Below the pieces are notes generated by a model. That model did not search any database and was not told the DNA's origin. It saw nothing but the letters and a program-made list of their open reading frames with translations. From positions 1 through 53,878 of the IMG/VR virus record IMGVR_UViG_3300049172_000115: 53,878 bases of DNA. One strand, given 5' to 3'. Position 1 is the stretch's first letter; each line of letters starts with the position of its first letter. The DNA comes from a virus (taxonomy: Duplodnaviria > Caudoviricetes). Below are positions 37,701-46,341 of this stretch, one piece after another. Position numbers and translations under genes: made by a program.

Positions 37701-38206
37701 GTCCGGGCGATGCGCTGCTCCCGCCCAGGGCCAAGGTGGCTGCCCTCGCGGGTGAAGGCGGCACGCAGCCGGGCACGCAGCTGGTCGACGTCCTCGCCGG
37801 CGTCGACACCGGCCGCGAGCTCGGCGCGGGCGGCTTCCGCCAAGCGGTCGCCGACCGCCCGCAACAGATGCTCGGTCGTCTCGACGTACTGGCCCATGCC
37901 CTCGGGCAGCGTGCCGTCGTCGTACCTGGCGGGAAGGTCGTCCCAGCCGTCGGGGAGTTCACCGCCGACGTCCTCGGCGGCGGCCACCGCGGCGGTCTCA
38001 GCAGTCCCGAGGAGGCGCCGGACGAGGCTTCGGGTGCGGTTGCCCCACATGCGGGCGATCCGGCCGACTGAGAACCGGGCGGCGACCAGCTCGGTCGCGG
38101 CCTGGACGGCGTCGGCGAACTCGTCGGCGGTGGCGGTGAGCGCCTGGCCGACCGCTTCGGCGAAGTCGGCCTCGGCCTGGTCGAGCTGGCGGTCGCGGTC
38201 AGCCAT
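34742..38206 (-). CDS. MuF-like head morphogenesis / 2H phosphoesterase / capsid maturation protease fusion
   Basis: RIARTE, KQWVT..DARVRSAH, NCRC (MuF); HLT and HVC (2H); TGDGR, GISVDLDD, LRGATLVAMPAY (protease); internal wHTH. Confidence 0.85.
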   Translation of the reverse strand: MADRDRQLDQAEADFAEAVGQALTATADEFADAVQAATELVAARFSVGRIARMWGNRTRSLVRRLLGTAETAAVAAAEDVGGELPDGWDDLPARYDDGTLPEGMGQYVETTEHLLRAVGDRLAEAARAELAAGVDAGEDVDQLRARLRAAFTREGSHLGPGREQRIARTEATRAWNTATLAAARAATGPDRPLVKQWVTRHDARVRSAHDEVDGQIQLLAEPFTVAGVEMQAPGDPSAPAALVVNCRCRLAVAPELQAATYEAQDALRTDVLESEESSVEVASTVTAAGGHTGAMIALMPSEEDAARLVLDATGSEPADELHLTLFYLGEGADWDEEQRADLIAALRSRAPDIGQPVTGRAFGANQWNADGEDPCWVWSVSDDRDRPQDAPTLETARWAATYALEDMHRQPDLPTQHSPWQPHVCAAYTRSPSLLTAMNQRLGPIRFDRLRVAFAGEHTDIPLGREEEATRMDEDEQLTTGPLAARAWSTPGDTALAFENTETGDGRVFRPGSLYWSGAGPWPLQYADEMLMGHQGAELAGSIQTLGRAADRITGTGVLYPGLAAGSDALMLLEERAPLGISVDLDDVSVEFVDRSTRDEDEGAVMLLASLPSVSMLRMDDGSWSLTATTVTEWTASGDALSRKASTVQLITGQDGRVTAATVQAALGGTGTLTAAAGDADDQNRGTVVHRESSGDLLMRITRARLRGATLVAMPAYDQARIVLDDQPEPGPVEDDDEWWSAAGPSPAQLKVVNFVKSAPAPVGARDVARGLGIKMETARGHLAKAAKAGLIVRLSRGLYVGPSTDMAVVASADVEPSAAPLGDEDESMRDLVASAWTAMKELPPMPAAWFKEPTAAELPPGSGGVHYADGRIYGWVAQAGEPHAGYPGRKLTIESLGKLDLSHFLRARFSLDDGSTVKAGAFTMNAPHHRDGAECESAACQFDDTRTVAGIVTVGQNSGGLWFSGAAGPWLSDWDRAVFQGCQPSYHMKQGSNGRWQLRAVLSVPVPGHSSPLLATAVAERSNLALAASAAGVLDHPDASGQLADTPADMSGRPTVTDADTRPEQHGQDPDIAPDNPADSVRTTAVETQDVDAVASALLSSVPFLDILVTAMNRHQEQREAAKEEAARLAASIIAPAREEIAAGNTTATEGEA
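34955..35098. repeat. second cluster of TGTCCG(GACA) motifs inside protease gene 3' end
   Basis: Full or partial copies at 34955, 34966, 34978, 34990, 35001, 35046, 35056, 35068, 35079, 35089. Confidence 0.7.
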
Positions 38207-38420
38207 GGTCGATCCTCCTTGCCGGGAGCGGGCTGTCGGGGTCGTCGTGGACTTCGCACCACGACCAGGTGCCGACCGTGGTCAGGCCGTCCGGGGTGAG
38301 GAGCAGCAGGTCCGCGGTGATGTGCGTCCACGCCTTGCAGTCCGCGCACCAGTCGGTCCGCAGCGATCCGGGATGGATCGCCACGCCGGACGGTGCTGGA
38401 CGTACGGGCCGGGCGTTCAT
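38199..38420 (-). CDS. small Zn-binding hypothetical protein
   Basis: WCADCKA...WCEVH; coupled to portal stop. Confidence 0.65.
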   Translation of the reverse strand: MNARPVRPAPSGVAIHPGSLRTDWCADCKAWTHITADLLLLTPDGLTTVGTWSWCEVHDDPDSPLPARRIDHG

Positions 38421-40174
38421 GCCGCTGTCCCGAGGCACGAGGTGAGGACGCTCGGCACGAGCCGGTATTCGTGCTCGACGCCGGCGGCGATCAGCTCGCG
38501 GGCGTAGCCGTCGAGAGATGCGGTCAGGCACTCGGGGTCGAGGCCGTAGCGTCCGGCGATCTCGGGGGCCCGGTTCCATGCGCCATCGAGGAGGCGCCAC
38601 TGCTCGACCTGGGCGGCGTCGACCGGAAGGAGCGTGTGGAGGCGGGCCGACGCGATGTCGCGGGAGCGGGCGCGCTCGCTGCGGGGGCAGGCCGGAGTCT
38701 TGCGCAGCTTCTCCCCGGCGGCAGTGAGCGCACCCCAGATCAGGCCGTCAGCGGCGGCGAGGAGGCCCTCGTTGGGGCCGGCGGAGGCATCCAGCGTGTC
38801 GGGGGGCGCTTCGGACTCGTCCACGGGCAGGTCCGGCGGGGTCGGCGGCGTCTCCTCCTCGTCCGGGGTGTCCTCGTCGCCGCTGTCGGTGTTCTCGTCG
38901 GGGGCGGGGTTGCGGCGGGCGACCTCTTTGTCGTCGGGGGCGTCGGCCTCGTCGAATCCGGTCTCGCGGCGCAGTGCCGCATCGGAGATGACGCCTCGGT
39001 CGTGGGCCTGGAGGGCTGTCTCGGAGCGGTTGGTGCGCACGCGCAGCGGGCTGGTGTCGTACCAGACGAGCCAGCGGTGCCAGTCCTCGACGTTCTCCGA
39101 CTCGAGGATGGGGCGCAGCCACTGCTGTGTGAGCGCGTAGGAGACGGTGGCCAGCTTGGGTTCGATGCCGAGGCGGATCGCCTCGCTGGTGAGCGCCCAG
39201 GCGCCCCAGTGGTTGACATCGCCGAGGCCGAGGAGGATCTCGGCGGGGATCTCCAGGCCGGTCGCGAAGCGGCGGATGGCTTCTTCCCGCAGCTTGATGG
39301 CGAGTTCGTCAAACTCCGACTCGAACTTCACGAGCTTGAAGTCGGCGATGGTGTCCGCGGGGACTTCCAGGATGATCGGGACCGTCGCGGCGGCTGACTC
39401 GGGGTCACGGATCGCCGTCTCGGCGATCGTCATGAAGACCTCGATCAGGTCGTCTTCCGCGCCGCCCTGCGTGTTGGACGTCGGGAAGCGTGTGCCCTTG
39501 GGGATGAGCAGCAGGCCACGGCCGGTGATCCTGCTGCGGGCGATGGCCTTCACGGCCGCGTTCAGCAGCAGGAGTTCTTCCAGCAGCTCCAGCGACGAGC
39601 GGACGGGGCTGTCGGCCTCGATGGCGCGCTCGGGGTCCGGTTCCCACACGCGGATAGCTACGGGCCCGTCCGGGTCCATGGACTCGGGGTCGCCTTCGGG
39701 GATCGGGACGTCTTCGCCGTCGATCTCGGCCATGAGCTTGCCGGACTGCTGCTTCACTTCCTTCACCGACAGGACACGCCAGTCGTGCCCGTCCTCCGGG
39801 CTGTACGGCGAGAGGACTTCGTCGTTGGGGCGTACGACGATCCAGCCCTCGCCGGGGACGGTCAGGTGCCGGCCGAACGCGCCGAGCAGCTTCGACTGGC
39901 CGTCGGGGCCGCCCGCGATCTGGGAGACGATTTCGTGCGCGCGGTGCCCGGGCGGCGCGGGTTCGATCGTGCCGTCGTCGGCACGCCGGCCCGCGTACAG
40001 GCGGGCGCCGGACATGGCGTTGCCGATCCACGAGGCGGCGAACCTCACTTCGGGAACCGCGTGGTACATGTCGTAGGCGCGGCCCTGCCACGACTGGTCG
40101 CCCGCGCCTCGGCCTCGGATCTTGCGGGACGTGTACCGGGACGCCGACGCGGTGATCGTGCGAGGCGACGCCAT
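38417..40174 (-). CDS. portal protein
   Basis: WQGRAYDMYHAVPEVRFA, ADSPVRS, SAAATVPII, LLGLGDVNHWGAW actinophage portal motifs. Confidence 0.9.
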   Translation of the reverse strand: MASPRTITASASRYTSRKIRGRGAGDQSWQGRAYDMYHAVPEVRFAASWIGNAMSGARLYAGRRADDGTIEPAPPGHRAHEIVSQIAGGPDGQSKLLGAFGRHLTVPGEGWIVVRPNDEVLSPYSPEDGHDWRVLSVKEVKQQSGKLMAEIDGEDVPIPEGDPESMDPDGPVAIRVWEPDPERAIEADSPVRSSLELLEELLLLNAAVKAIARSRITGRGLLLIPKGTRFPTSNTQGGAEDDLIEVFMTIAETAIRDPESAAATVPIILEVPADTIADFKLVKFESEFDELAIKLREEAIRRFATGLEIPAEILLGLGDVNHWGAWALTSEAIRLGIEPKLATVSYALTQQWLRPILESENVEDWHRWLVWYDTSPLRVRTNRSETALQAHDRGVISDAALRRETGFDEADAPDDKEVARRNPAPDENTDSGDEDTPDEEETPPTPPDLPVDESEAPPDTLDASAGPNEGLLAAADGLIWGALTAAGEKLRKTPACPRSERARSRDIASARLHTLLPVDAAQVEQWRLLDGAWNRAPEIAGRYGLDPECLTASLDGYARELIAAGVEHEYRLVPSVLTSCLGTAA

Positions 40175-40512
40175 CAGGCGCCTTCCTTGCGGGAGTCGTC
40201 CCAGCGGTTGAGGAGGACGGCGGCGCCGGCGACGGCCAGCCACTCGATGCCGTGGACGAGGACCGGAGTGCCGTGCCACGAGTCGGTGACGAGGAGCCAC
40301 GTCGCGAGCAGCGCGCCGGACACCCACCAGCCGGTGCAGTACACGCAGGAGATCAGCGTCACGACGGCTTCGCGGAGGGCCGACTCGGGGCGCTTCTCGT
40401 GCCAGGCGAAGACCCGGTCACGGATCGGGTCGAGGAGCGTGTCATGGACGAGGAGCTGGGTGCCGCGGTACGCGGCGAGCGCCAGGACGGCGAGAACTAC
40501 GAGACTGATCAT
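40174..40512 (-). CDS. DUF1360 membrane protein
   Basis: LAAYRGTQLLVHDTLLDPIR...LISCVYCTGWW. Confidence 0.85.
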   Translation of the reverse strand: MISLVVLAVLALAAYRGTQLLVHDTLLDPIRDRVFAWHEKRPESALREAVVTLISCVYCTGWWVSGALLATWLLVTDSWHGTPVLVHGIEWLAVAGAAVLLNRWDDSRKEGA

Positions 40513-40636
40513 TTCCGTACCCCGATGGCAGATCATCCGGCCGAGTCAGGCGGGGATGATAAGCCATCCGGGACGGTGGGGTCCGGCGAGATCTGTGCAG
40601 GTCAGACCCCGCTTTCAGATCAAAAACATGCCGGGT

Positions 40637-40885
40637 TCAGAACAGGGCCATCGTGTCGAGCGGCTCGGGCTCGGGCGTCTCGACGTCGAACGTGAGCTGC
40701 TGGCCCGGGATGGGCAGGTCCACGACTTCCAACGACCCGCCGCACGACAGGAGCCGCCCGTCGGTGTCGCGGCGCAGTGTGGGGGCGTCGTGCCGCCAGA
40801 CGGTGCCCTTCGTCAGTTGCCCGGGAACCGGGCGGGCGGCTACAGGACGTTCGCAGCTCGGGCAGTGCACGCGCGGCAGCTTCAT
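40637..40885 (-). CDS. small Zn-ribbon-like protein
   Basis: CPSC...RH...SCGGS. Confidence 0.65.
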   Translation of the reverse strand: MKLPRVHCPSCERPVAARPVPGQLTKGTVWRHDAPTLRRDTDGRLLSCGGSLEVVDLPIPGQQLTFDVETPEPEPLDTMALF

Positions 40886-40932
40886 CACGTGCTCAGTGTG
40901 ACCGGGCCGGCGGTCGTCCGCACACCCCGATG

Positions 40933-41265
40933 TCAGCGGGCTGGGGGACGGTGGTGCGACACGCTGTCGGGCCACTTCACGGGGCGCTCCACCGCCTCAC
41001 GGGCCAGGGCCTCCCCGGCGGCAGTGAGCTTGTACAGGACCCGCGCGTTCGGCTTGCCGGTCTCACGGCGAGTGGTGAGCCAGCCGGCCTGGGCCAGGCG
41101 CTTGAGGATCGGGGCGCTGTCGCTCCGAGGCTTCGTCCGCTGGTCGACCCAGTATGGCCACACCTCCTGACTCGGAGCCTCCAGCAACACGTAGAGGACG
41201 GACTGCGTACGCCACCCGAGGCGGGGCAGCGGCGTGGCGATCGGTTCCTCGGCCATTGCGTTCAC
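40933..41265 (-). CDS. PadR-like winged-helix protein
   Basis: PILKRLAQAGWL...RVLYKLTAAG. Confidence 0.7.
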   Translation of the reverse strand: MNAMAEEPIATPLPRLGWRTQSVLYVLLEAPSQEVWPYWVDQRTKPRSDSAPILKRLAQAGWLTTRRETGKPNARVLYKLTAAGEALAREAVERPVKWPDSVSHHRPPAR

Positions 41266-41564
41266 AGGGAGCTGACGCGCACCACGCCCTGCGCCATGAG
41301 CTTCTTCACGGCCTCGGTCCGCTCCCGGACCCGGGCGTTGGCCTCGTCGGTGCCCAGGCAGTCAGCGACGAGGCGCGCCCCGACCCGCTGCCGGACTTCA
41401 ACGGGCAGGCCCTCGTCGGCCAGAGCTGTGTCGAGGTGACCGAGGATCGTACGCAGCCGATGGACCTCGGCCGCGTACTCCGGGTCGTGCAGGACCGCAT
41501 GCTGTGCTTCCGGGTTGCGCGCCAGGTGCTCGCGGAGGACCTGGTCGCCGTCGGGGGTGTCCAT
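41262..41564 (-). CDS. hypothetical protein
   Basis: 100-aa helical ORF; GACACT 6 nt before ATG. Confidence 0.7.
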   Translation of the reverse strand: MDTPDGDQVLREHLARNPEAQHAVLHDPEYAAEVHRLRTILGHLDTALADEGLPVEVRQRVGARLVADCLGTDEANARVRERTEAVKKLMAQGVVRVSSL

Positions 41565-41599
41565 TTCGGCAGTGTCCCACGGGCGGTGAGCACGACGGG

Positions 41600-41791
41600 G
41601 CGCGCTCCGACCCGCTGCCGGACGTCATCGGGCAGGCCCTCGTCGGCGAGAGCAGCGTCGAGCCGACCGAGGACCGTGCGCAGCCGGTGAACCTCGGCCG
41701 CGTACTCGGCGTCGCACAGGGCCGCGTGCTGCGCATCCGGGTTGCGTTGCAGGAACTCGTGGAGGGCGACGTCGCCGGCGGTGTGGTTCAT
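41600..41791 (-). pseudogene. truncated tandem paralog of 41262-41564
   Basis: Shares RNP.AQHA...EYAAEVHRLRT.LG.LD.ALADEGLP..VRQRVGAR and the same leader, then loses similarity. Confidence 0.65.
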
Positions 41792-41943
41792 TCCGGCAGT
41801 GTCCCACCGCGTCGATGGTCGTCACGGTCATGGCCCCGGTAGGCCGGAGCGCCGTTGTTCACCGACGTCGTCGTGAACTCCGGTGCGTGCGCCCGCCGAT
41901 GCTGGGATTCTGATCACCAAACTTCGTCTCGCGGGAGCTGCGC

Positions 41944-43191
41944 GTGATCATCCTCGATACCTGCACCCTTCGGAGCGCCGGCCTGCGCTCCAGTAGCGCG
42001 GATCTTCTGCGCACCATCAGCCACTCCGGCGCAGACGACATCGCCGTCCCGTGGATCGCGATGGAGGAGCTTGCCGGGCAGAAGGCCGTCGAGTACCTGG
42101 AGACGTGGGAGGCGGCCGTCACGGCGCTGGAGGCTCTGTCCAAGGTCAGCCCGTGGGACGTGCCCGCCGTCGGTGCCGCTGACCCGGAAGCCGTGCGAGA
42201 GCACTGGCGGCAGCAGTGGGGAGACCTCGTGACGGTCATCCCCGCCAGCATGGCCGTCATGCAGGAGGCGATGAAGCGGGAGGCCAACGCTCTCCCCCCG
42301 TGCAGGCGGAAGACCGACGGCTCGAAGAACGCGAAGGGTGTGAAGATCGGCGGGCGGGACGCGGCGATCTGGCTCACCGCAGTCGAGTACGCCCGCGAGC
42401 ACCCGGGCGAGACGGTGTACTTCGTCAGCGAGAACCACAAAGACTTCACCGACGGCGTCTCGGGCTACCCATACCCGATGGACCAAGACCTCGACGGCAT
42501 CGAGGAGGGCCGGTTCGTTCACCTGACAAGCCTCAGTGACCTCGTCTCCCGTTTCGCGACCCCCACAAAGGTCGACATCGAGCGCGTGGAGGCGGCGTGT
42601 GATCTGCCTGGCGTGGCGGACGATATCGCCGACGATGCGATCACACGCTGGTCCATGCAGGCCGGCGCCGGGTTCGAATGCAGCTGGGCCAGCAAGGAAA
42701 GCAACCACATCGGTTGGGCAGCGGGTTGGCTGGACCCTGCCGACATCGAAGTCCGGCGTGTGTCCCTCGACAACGTGACCGCCTATCGCATCGGTGATCA
42801 TGTCTGGGCCACGGCTGACGCCAGCTGGGAGCTGGTCGGCTTCGCTGTCGTCGATAGCGGGCAACTCGCCCAGGTCTACACCTGCTACGACACGCGCATC
42901 CTCGCGTCTCTCCAAGCCGACGCCTCAGTCCTGACGGTTCTCCGCGGTGACCGGCCTCGTCCTGTCGACTATGACGTCCGCGAGCGGGAAGTCAGGGAGC
43001 CAGTCGACGACGCGAAGATGTGGAGGGCGTACGCAAGGCACGTGCACGCGCCCGTCCTCGACAGGCAGGAAGTTTCCAGTCCGTGGTTCGCCACGCCCGT
43101 AAGCAACACGTGGCTCGACCTCCGCTTCAGCAGGTTCTTGGATCGTGATGCTGGTCACACCGTCAACTACGCGCCGAAGCCTGGTCACTAG
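41944..43191 (+). CDS. PIN-domain protein (moron)
   Basis: IILDTC, VPWIAMEEL, RDAAIWLT, FVSENHKDF PIN acidic motifs; opposite strand. Confidence 0.85.
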   Translation: MIILDTCTLRSAGLRSSSADLLRTISHSGADDIAVPWIAMEELAGQKAVEYLETWEAAVTALEALSKVSPWDVPAVGAADPEAVREHWRQQWGDLVTVIPASMAVMQEAMKREANALPPCRRKTDGSKNAKGVKIGGRDAAIWLTAVEYAREHPGETVYFVSENHKDFTDGVSGYPYPMDQDLDGIEEGRFVHLTSLSDLVSRFATPTKVDIERVEAACDLPGVADDIADDAITRWSMQAGAGFECSWASKESNHIGWAAGWLDPADIEVRRVSLDNVTAYRIGDHVWATADASWELVGFAVVDSGQLAQVYTCYDTRILASLQADASVLTVLRGDRPRPVDYDVREREVREPVDDAKMWRAYARHVHAPVLDRQEVSSPWFATPVSNTWLDLRFSRFLDRDAGHTVNYAPKPGH

Positions 43192-43193
43192 CG

Positions 43194-44777
43194 TCACTTC
43201 CCGATGCGGCGGCTGTACGCCCCCACCGCGGCGGGGGCCTGCCGGCCGCCGCCCGGCTGCGGGGCCTGCGGGAGCGGGGCGTGGACGATGGCGCCCTTGT
43301 TCGCCTCGGGGATCAGGCCGTAGACGAGGACACACGAGGCGTCGATCCGGCCCGGGCTGTCCGGGTCGGTCGGCATCCACGTAGCCCACTCCCGCTCAAG
43401 GTCGGTGAACACGCCGCGCAGCCGTACGCGGTCCTGGACCATCTGCTGTGCCACCGGTTCGGCGCGGAGCAGCTTGCCTTGCTTGGCGCGCACCGGGTCG
43501 ATCAAGGGCATCAGGACCTTCGGGGGGATCTCCCCGTCCCGCTGCAACTTCTCCCACGACGTCCGGATGGCCAGCTCACACATGTCCCGGCCGAAGTTCC
43601 ACTCGACGTAGATGACCGAGGCGTTCGTCTCGTGAGCGAGGCGGCAGGCTGCGGTGGACCAGTCGGCCGACGACATCGCCGCCGACACGTCGTGCGTGAT
43701 CCATACGCGGTCGTCGTCGCCGAGGAAGCCGCCGATGACGCCGGCGACGTCGCGGCCTCCGCCGGACGGGTCGACGGACACGGCGATCTTCTGGGGCTCC
43801 ACGCTCGTTCCCGGGTCCCGGAGCAGCCGCAGCAGTTCCTCGGACACCAACGCGCCCTCGGCGGGCTGCGGGTCGCCCTGGGCGAGGCTGTGCCAGTCCC
43901 GGACGATCGATGTGCGTTTCATGTCCGCCCACCACGCCAGCAGCGCCTTACGGTCCCTGGTCGGGATCTTCGGGTGCGGTAGCGGGTCGCCGAACTCGCG
44001 GCCGAGCGGGTCCGGGCCGAACTTCACCGGGTCGGCGATCGCAGGGAGGTGCACGACCTTCCACCGGCCGCCGTCCTCGATCCGCCCCTCCTCGACGATG
44101 CGTCGGCCGGCGAAGTCGTCGGGATGCCAACGGGTCTGGATCGCCACCACGGCGTTCCGGTCCGGCTGCAACCGCTTCAGCGCCGTGGACGAGTACCAGT
44201 CGTGCAGGTGCCTGCGGGACGCTTCCGACTCGGCGTCGGCCCGGTCCTTGTGCGGGTCGTCCACGATCAGCAGGTTCACGCTGTGGCCGGTCAGGCCCTT
44301 GCCGACGGACACCGAGCGGACACCGCCGCCCCTCGTTACCTCCCAGTCCTGCATGGCGCCCGACCCCGGCTTCACCGCCAGGTCGTACTCGTCGCCGTAC
44401 TCCTCGACGTACCCCCGGATCGCCTTACCGCGCTTGAGCGCCAGGTCGTCGGAGTACGACGTCACCGCGACCCGGTCCTCCGGGTGGACGCACAGCCACC
44501 AGAACGGGAACCACTCGGCCACCGTGGTGCTCTTGCCGACCTGCGGCGGCGTGATGATCAGCAGCCGGTCGTAGTCGCCGCGCTCCACGCCAAGCAGGGC
44601 CTCGCCGATGACGGCCAGGTGCGGGCGCATCCGGTACGTCGGATCGAGACCACGGGCCAGGACGACCGCGTTGCGCAGCAGGTCCCGGCTCATGGACTTC
44701 TTCGCGGCCTCCAACTGCTCGTACACCGCCGAATCGTCCAGGGTGCCCAGCTCATCACCGGACTGGTACGCGCTCAC
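43194..44777 (-). CDS. terminase large subunit
   Basis: PPQVGKST Walker A, LLIVDDPHKD Walker B, QTRWH, SVDPS, SPGRIDA nuclease. Confidence 0.95.
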   Translation of the reverse strand: MSAYQSGDELGTLDDSAVYEQLEAAKKSMSRDLLRNAVVLARGLDPTYRMRPHLAVIGEALLGVERGDYDRLLIITPPQVGKSTTVAEWFPFWWLCVHPEDRVAVTSYSDDLALKRGKAIRGYVEEYGDEYDLAVKPGSGAMQDWEVTRGGGVRSVSVGKGLTGHSVNLLIVDDPHKDRADAESEASRRHLHDWYSSTALKRLQPDRNAVVAIQTRWHPDDFAGRRIVEEGRIEDGGRWKVVHLPAIADPVKFGPDPLGREFGDPLPHPKIPTRDRKALLAWWADMKRTSIVRDWHSLAQGDPQPAEGALVSEELLRLLRDPGTSVEPQKIAVSVDPSGGGRDVAGVIGGFLGDDDRVWITHDVSAAMSSADWSTAACRLAHETNASVIYVEWNFGRDMCELAIRTSWEKLQRDGEIPPKVLMPLIDPVRAKQGKLLRAEPVAQQMVQDRVRLRGVFTDLEREWATWMPTDPDSPGRIDASCVLVYGLIPEANKGAIVHAPLPQAPQPGGGRQAPAAVGAYSRRIGK

Positions 44778-45400
44778 TCCTCGCTGCTGTCCTCTTCGCC
44801 GGCGGGCGCCGGATCGGGTCCTTCCTCATCATCGACGCCGTCGACCGCGCGGAGCCGCCGGTTCACGGCCGCCGCCAGGTCCGCGAGGCGTACGCGCCGC
44901 TGGTCGGCCGGGAGCTGCGCGAACTCGGCGATCTGCACTGCGAGCGCGTTCCCGCCCTGGCCGGTGACCGCGATCGTCTCGGTCGGGTCGCCGAACAGGA
45001 CGCGCCGGTGACGCATGGCCACGTCCATCAGCCGGATGAAGTCGCCCGGTGACAGGTCCTCGGCGCGCAGGGTGCCCAGGCGCTGCGCCAGCTTGCCGAT
45101 CGCTGCGCCCAGGATCTTCGCGTCCGACTCGGCGGCCTTGCGGCGTTCCTCCAGCCACGTGGCCTCGTACAGCCGGTCCAGGTGCCTGTCCCACGCCTCG
45201 ACGCGCTCTCGCCACCGGTACTCGGCTGCGGTGTTCCTCACGTGCCCGTGCGCGAGTGTCAGGGTCTCCGCAGCCTTTGCCAGTGTGCGGGCCCTCCCGA
45301 GGTCCCGGTACGTGACGAACTGTCCGTGTTTGCGGGCTGACTCCTTGGGTTGGCGCTCCCAGGGGTCCAGTGCGGGGTCGAGGACGAGCGTCGTGGTCAC
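44774..45400 (-). CDS. terminase small subunit
   Basis: PWERQPKES...YRDLG..RTL...WRERVEAWD; coupled to TerL. Confidence 0.8.
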   Translation of the reverse strand: MTTTLVLDPALDPWERQPKESARKHGQFVTYRDLGRARTLAKAAETLTLAHGHVRNTAAEYRWRERVEAWDRHLDRLYEATWLEERRKAAESDAKILGAAIGKLAQRLGTLRAEDLSPGDFIRLMDVAMRHRRVLFGDPTETIAVTGQGGNALAVQIAEFAQLPADQRRVRLADLAAAVNRRLRAVDGVDDEEGPDPAPAGEEDSSEE

Positions 45401-46341
45401 GGCTGGCCGTCCCCGTTGGTGCTGTTCCAGTTGGGTCCGGACAGGTACTCACCTGCCAGGCGCTCGAGGAGTCTCCAGCCCTGCCCCTGCTCGATCTCGC
45501 CGCGTCCTTCTGCTGCTGCGATGGCCTTGTTGATGGTGACGGCTGCTGGTGCTGGGAGTGTGCGGGTGCCGAGGACGGTCTCAAGCCCGACGGTGCCCGA
45601 GTGCAGGGGCTCGCCTTCTGGGGACTGGTAGCCGGCCTGGAGGTCGGTGAGGTGGGTCTCGGTGATGGCGAGGATGGCGTGGAGGGCGGTCGCCACGTTG
45701 CCGACCTTGTGGGCGGCGTGGGTGGAGGCGAGGGTGTCTAGGGTCTGCTCGTAGTCCGCGCGGGCGGCGAGCCAGCTTTCGTTCTGGCCGAGGCGGGCCT
45801 CCTCGAACGCGGTGCGGGCGGCTTCCAGCTCGGCGGGCAGGAAGATCAGGCTGACGGTGGCGAAGTCGAGGTTCGCCTCGCTGAGCCCTTCGGGGCTGAC
45901 TTCGGCGAGGAGCTTGAGCTGGTCGTCGTCCAGGCCGGAGTAGGCGCGCCAGTCGACGTCGTCCAGCTCCTCGTAGAGCTGCTTGAGCGTGGCCGGGTCG
46001 TCCTCGCCCGCGATGGCGTTGTGGGACAGCTGGATCGCGACGAGCTGCTGGCGGGTCAGCTGCTCCTCGATGAGCATGCAGTCGATCTCGTCCAGGCCGG
46101 CGTCGATCGACGCCATGGTGCGGTGGTTCCCGGAGAGGACCAGTTCGCGGCCCTCGTCGTACTCGCCGCCGGAGTAGATCAGCGGGGTGGAGGTGAGGCA
46201 GCCGTCCCGCTTCACGTTCTCCACCAGCCGGTCGTACTCCTCCTTCCGCATGTAGCGGGCGTTCACCTCCAGACGGGTGAGGAGCCGCGGGTCACGCCGG
46301 ACGAGCCGGGGCCGGAACAGGGGGGTGATCGTGTCGGTCAT
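45397..46341 (-). CDS. ParB/Srx N-terminal-domain protein
   Basis: NARYM...LVENVKRDG...VLSGNHR...HNAIAGEDD. Confidence 0.85.
   Translation of the reverse strand: MTDTITPLFRPRLVRRDPRLLTRLEVNARYMRKEEYDRLVENVKRDGCLTSTPLIYSGGEYDEGRELVLSGNHRTMASIDAGLDEIDCMLIEEQLTRQQLVAIQLSHNAIAGEDDPATLKQLYEELDDVDWRAYSGLDDDQLKLLAEVSPEGLSEANLDFATVSLIFLPAELEAARTAFEEARLGQNESWLAARADYEQTLDTLASTHAAHKVGNVATALHAILAITETHLTDLQAGYQSPEGEPLHSGTVGLETVLGTRTLPAPAAVTINKAIAAAEGRGEIEQGQGWRLLERLAGEYLSGPNWNSTNGDGQP

Noticed and set aside
43194-44777. Intein or intron in the terminase
   Set aside because: Length is normal and no splicing motifs are evident.
45397-46341. Plasmid-type ParABS partition system
   Set aside because: No ParA, and the context (modification enzyme plus terminase) fits phage ParB-like modification modules better.
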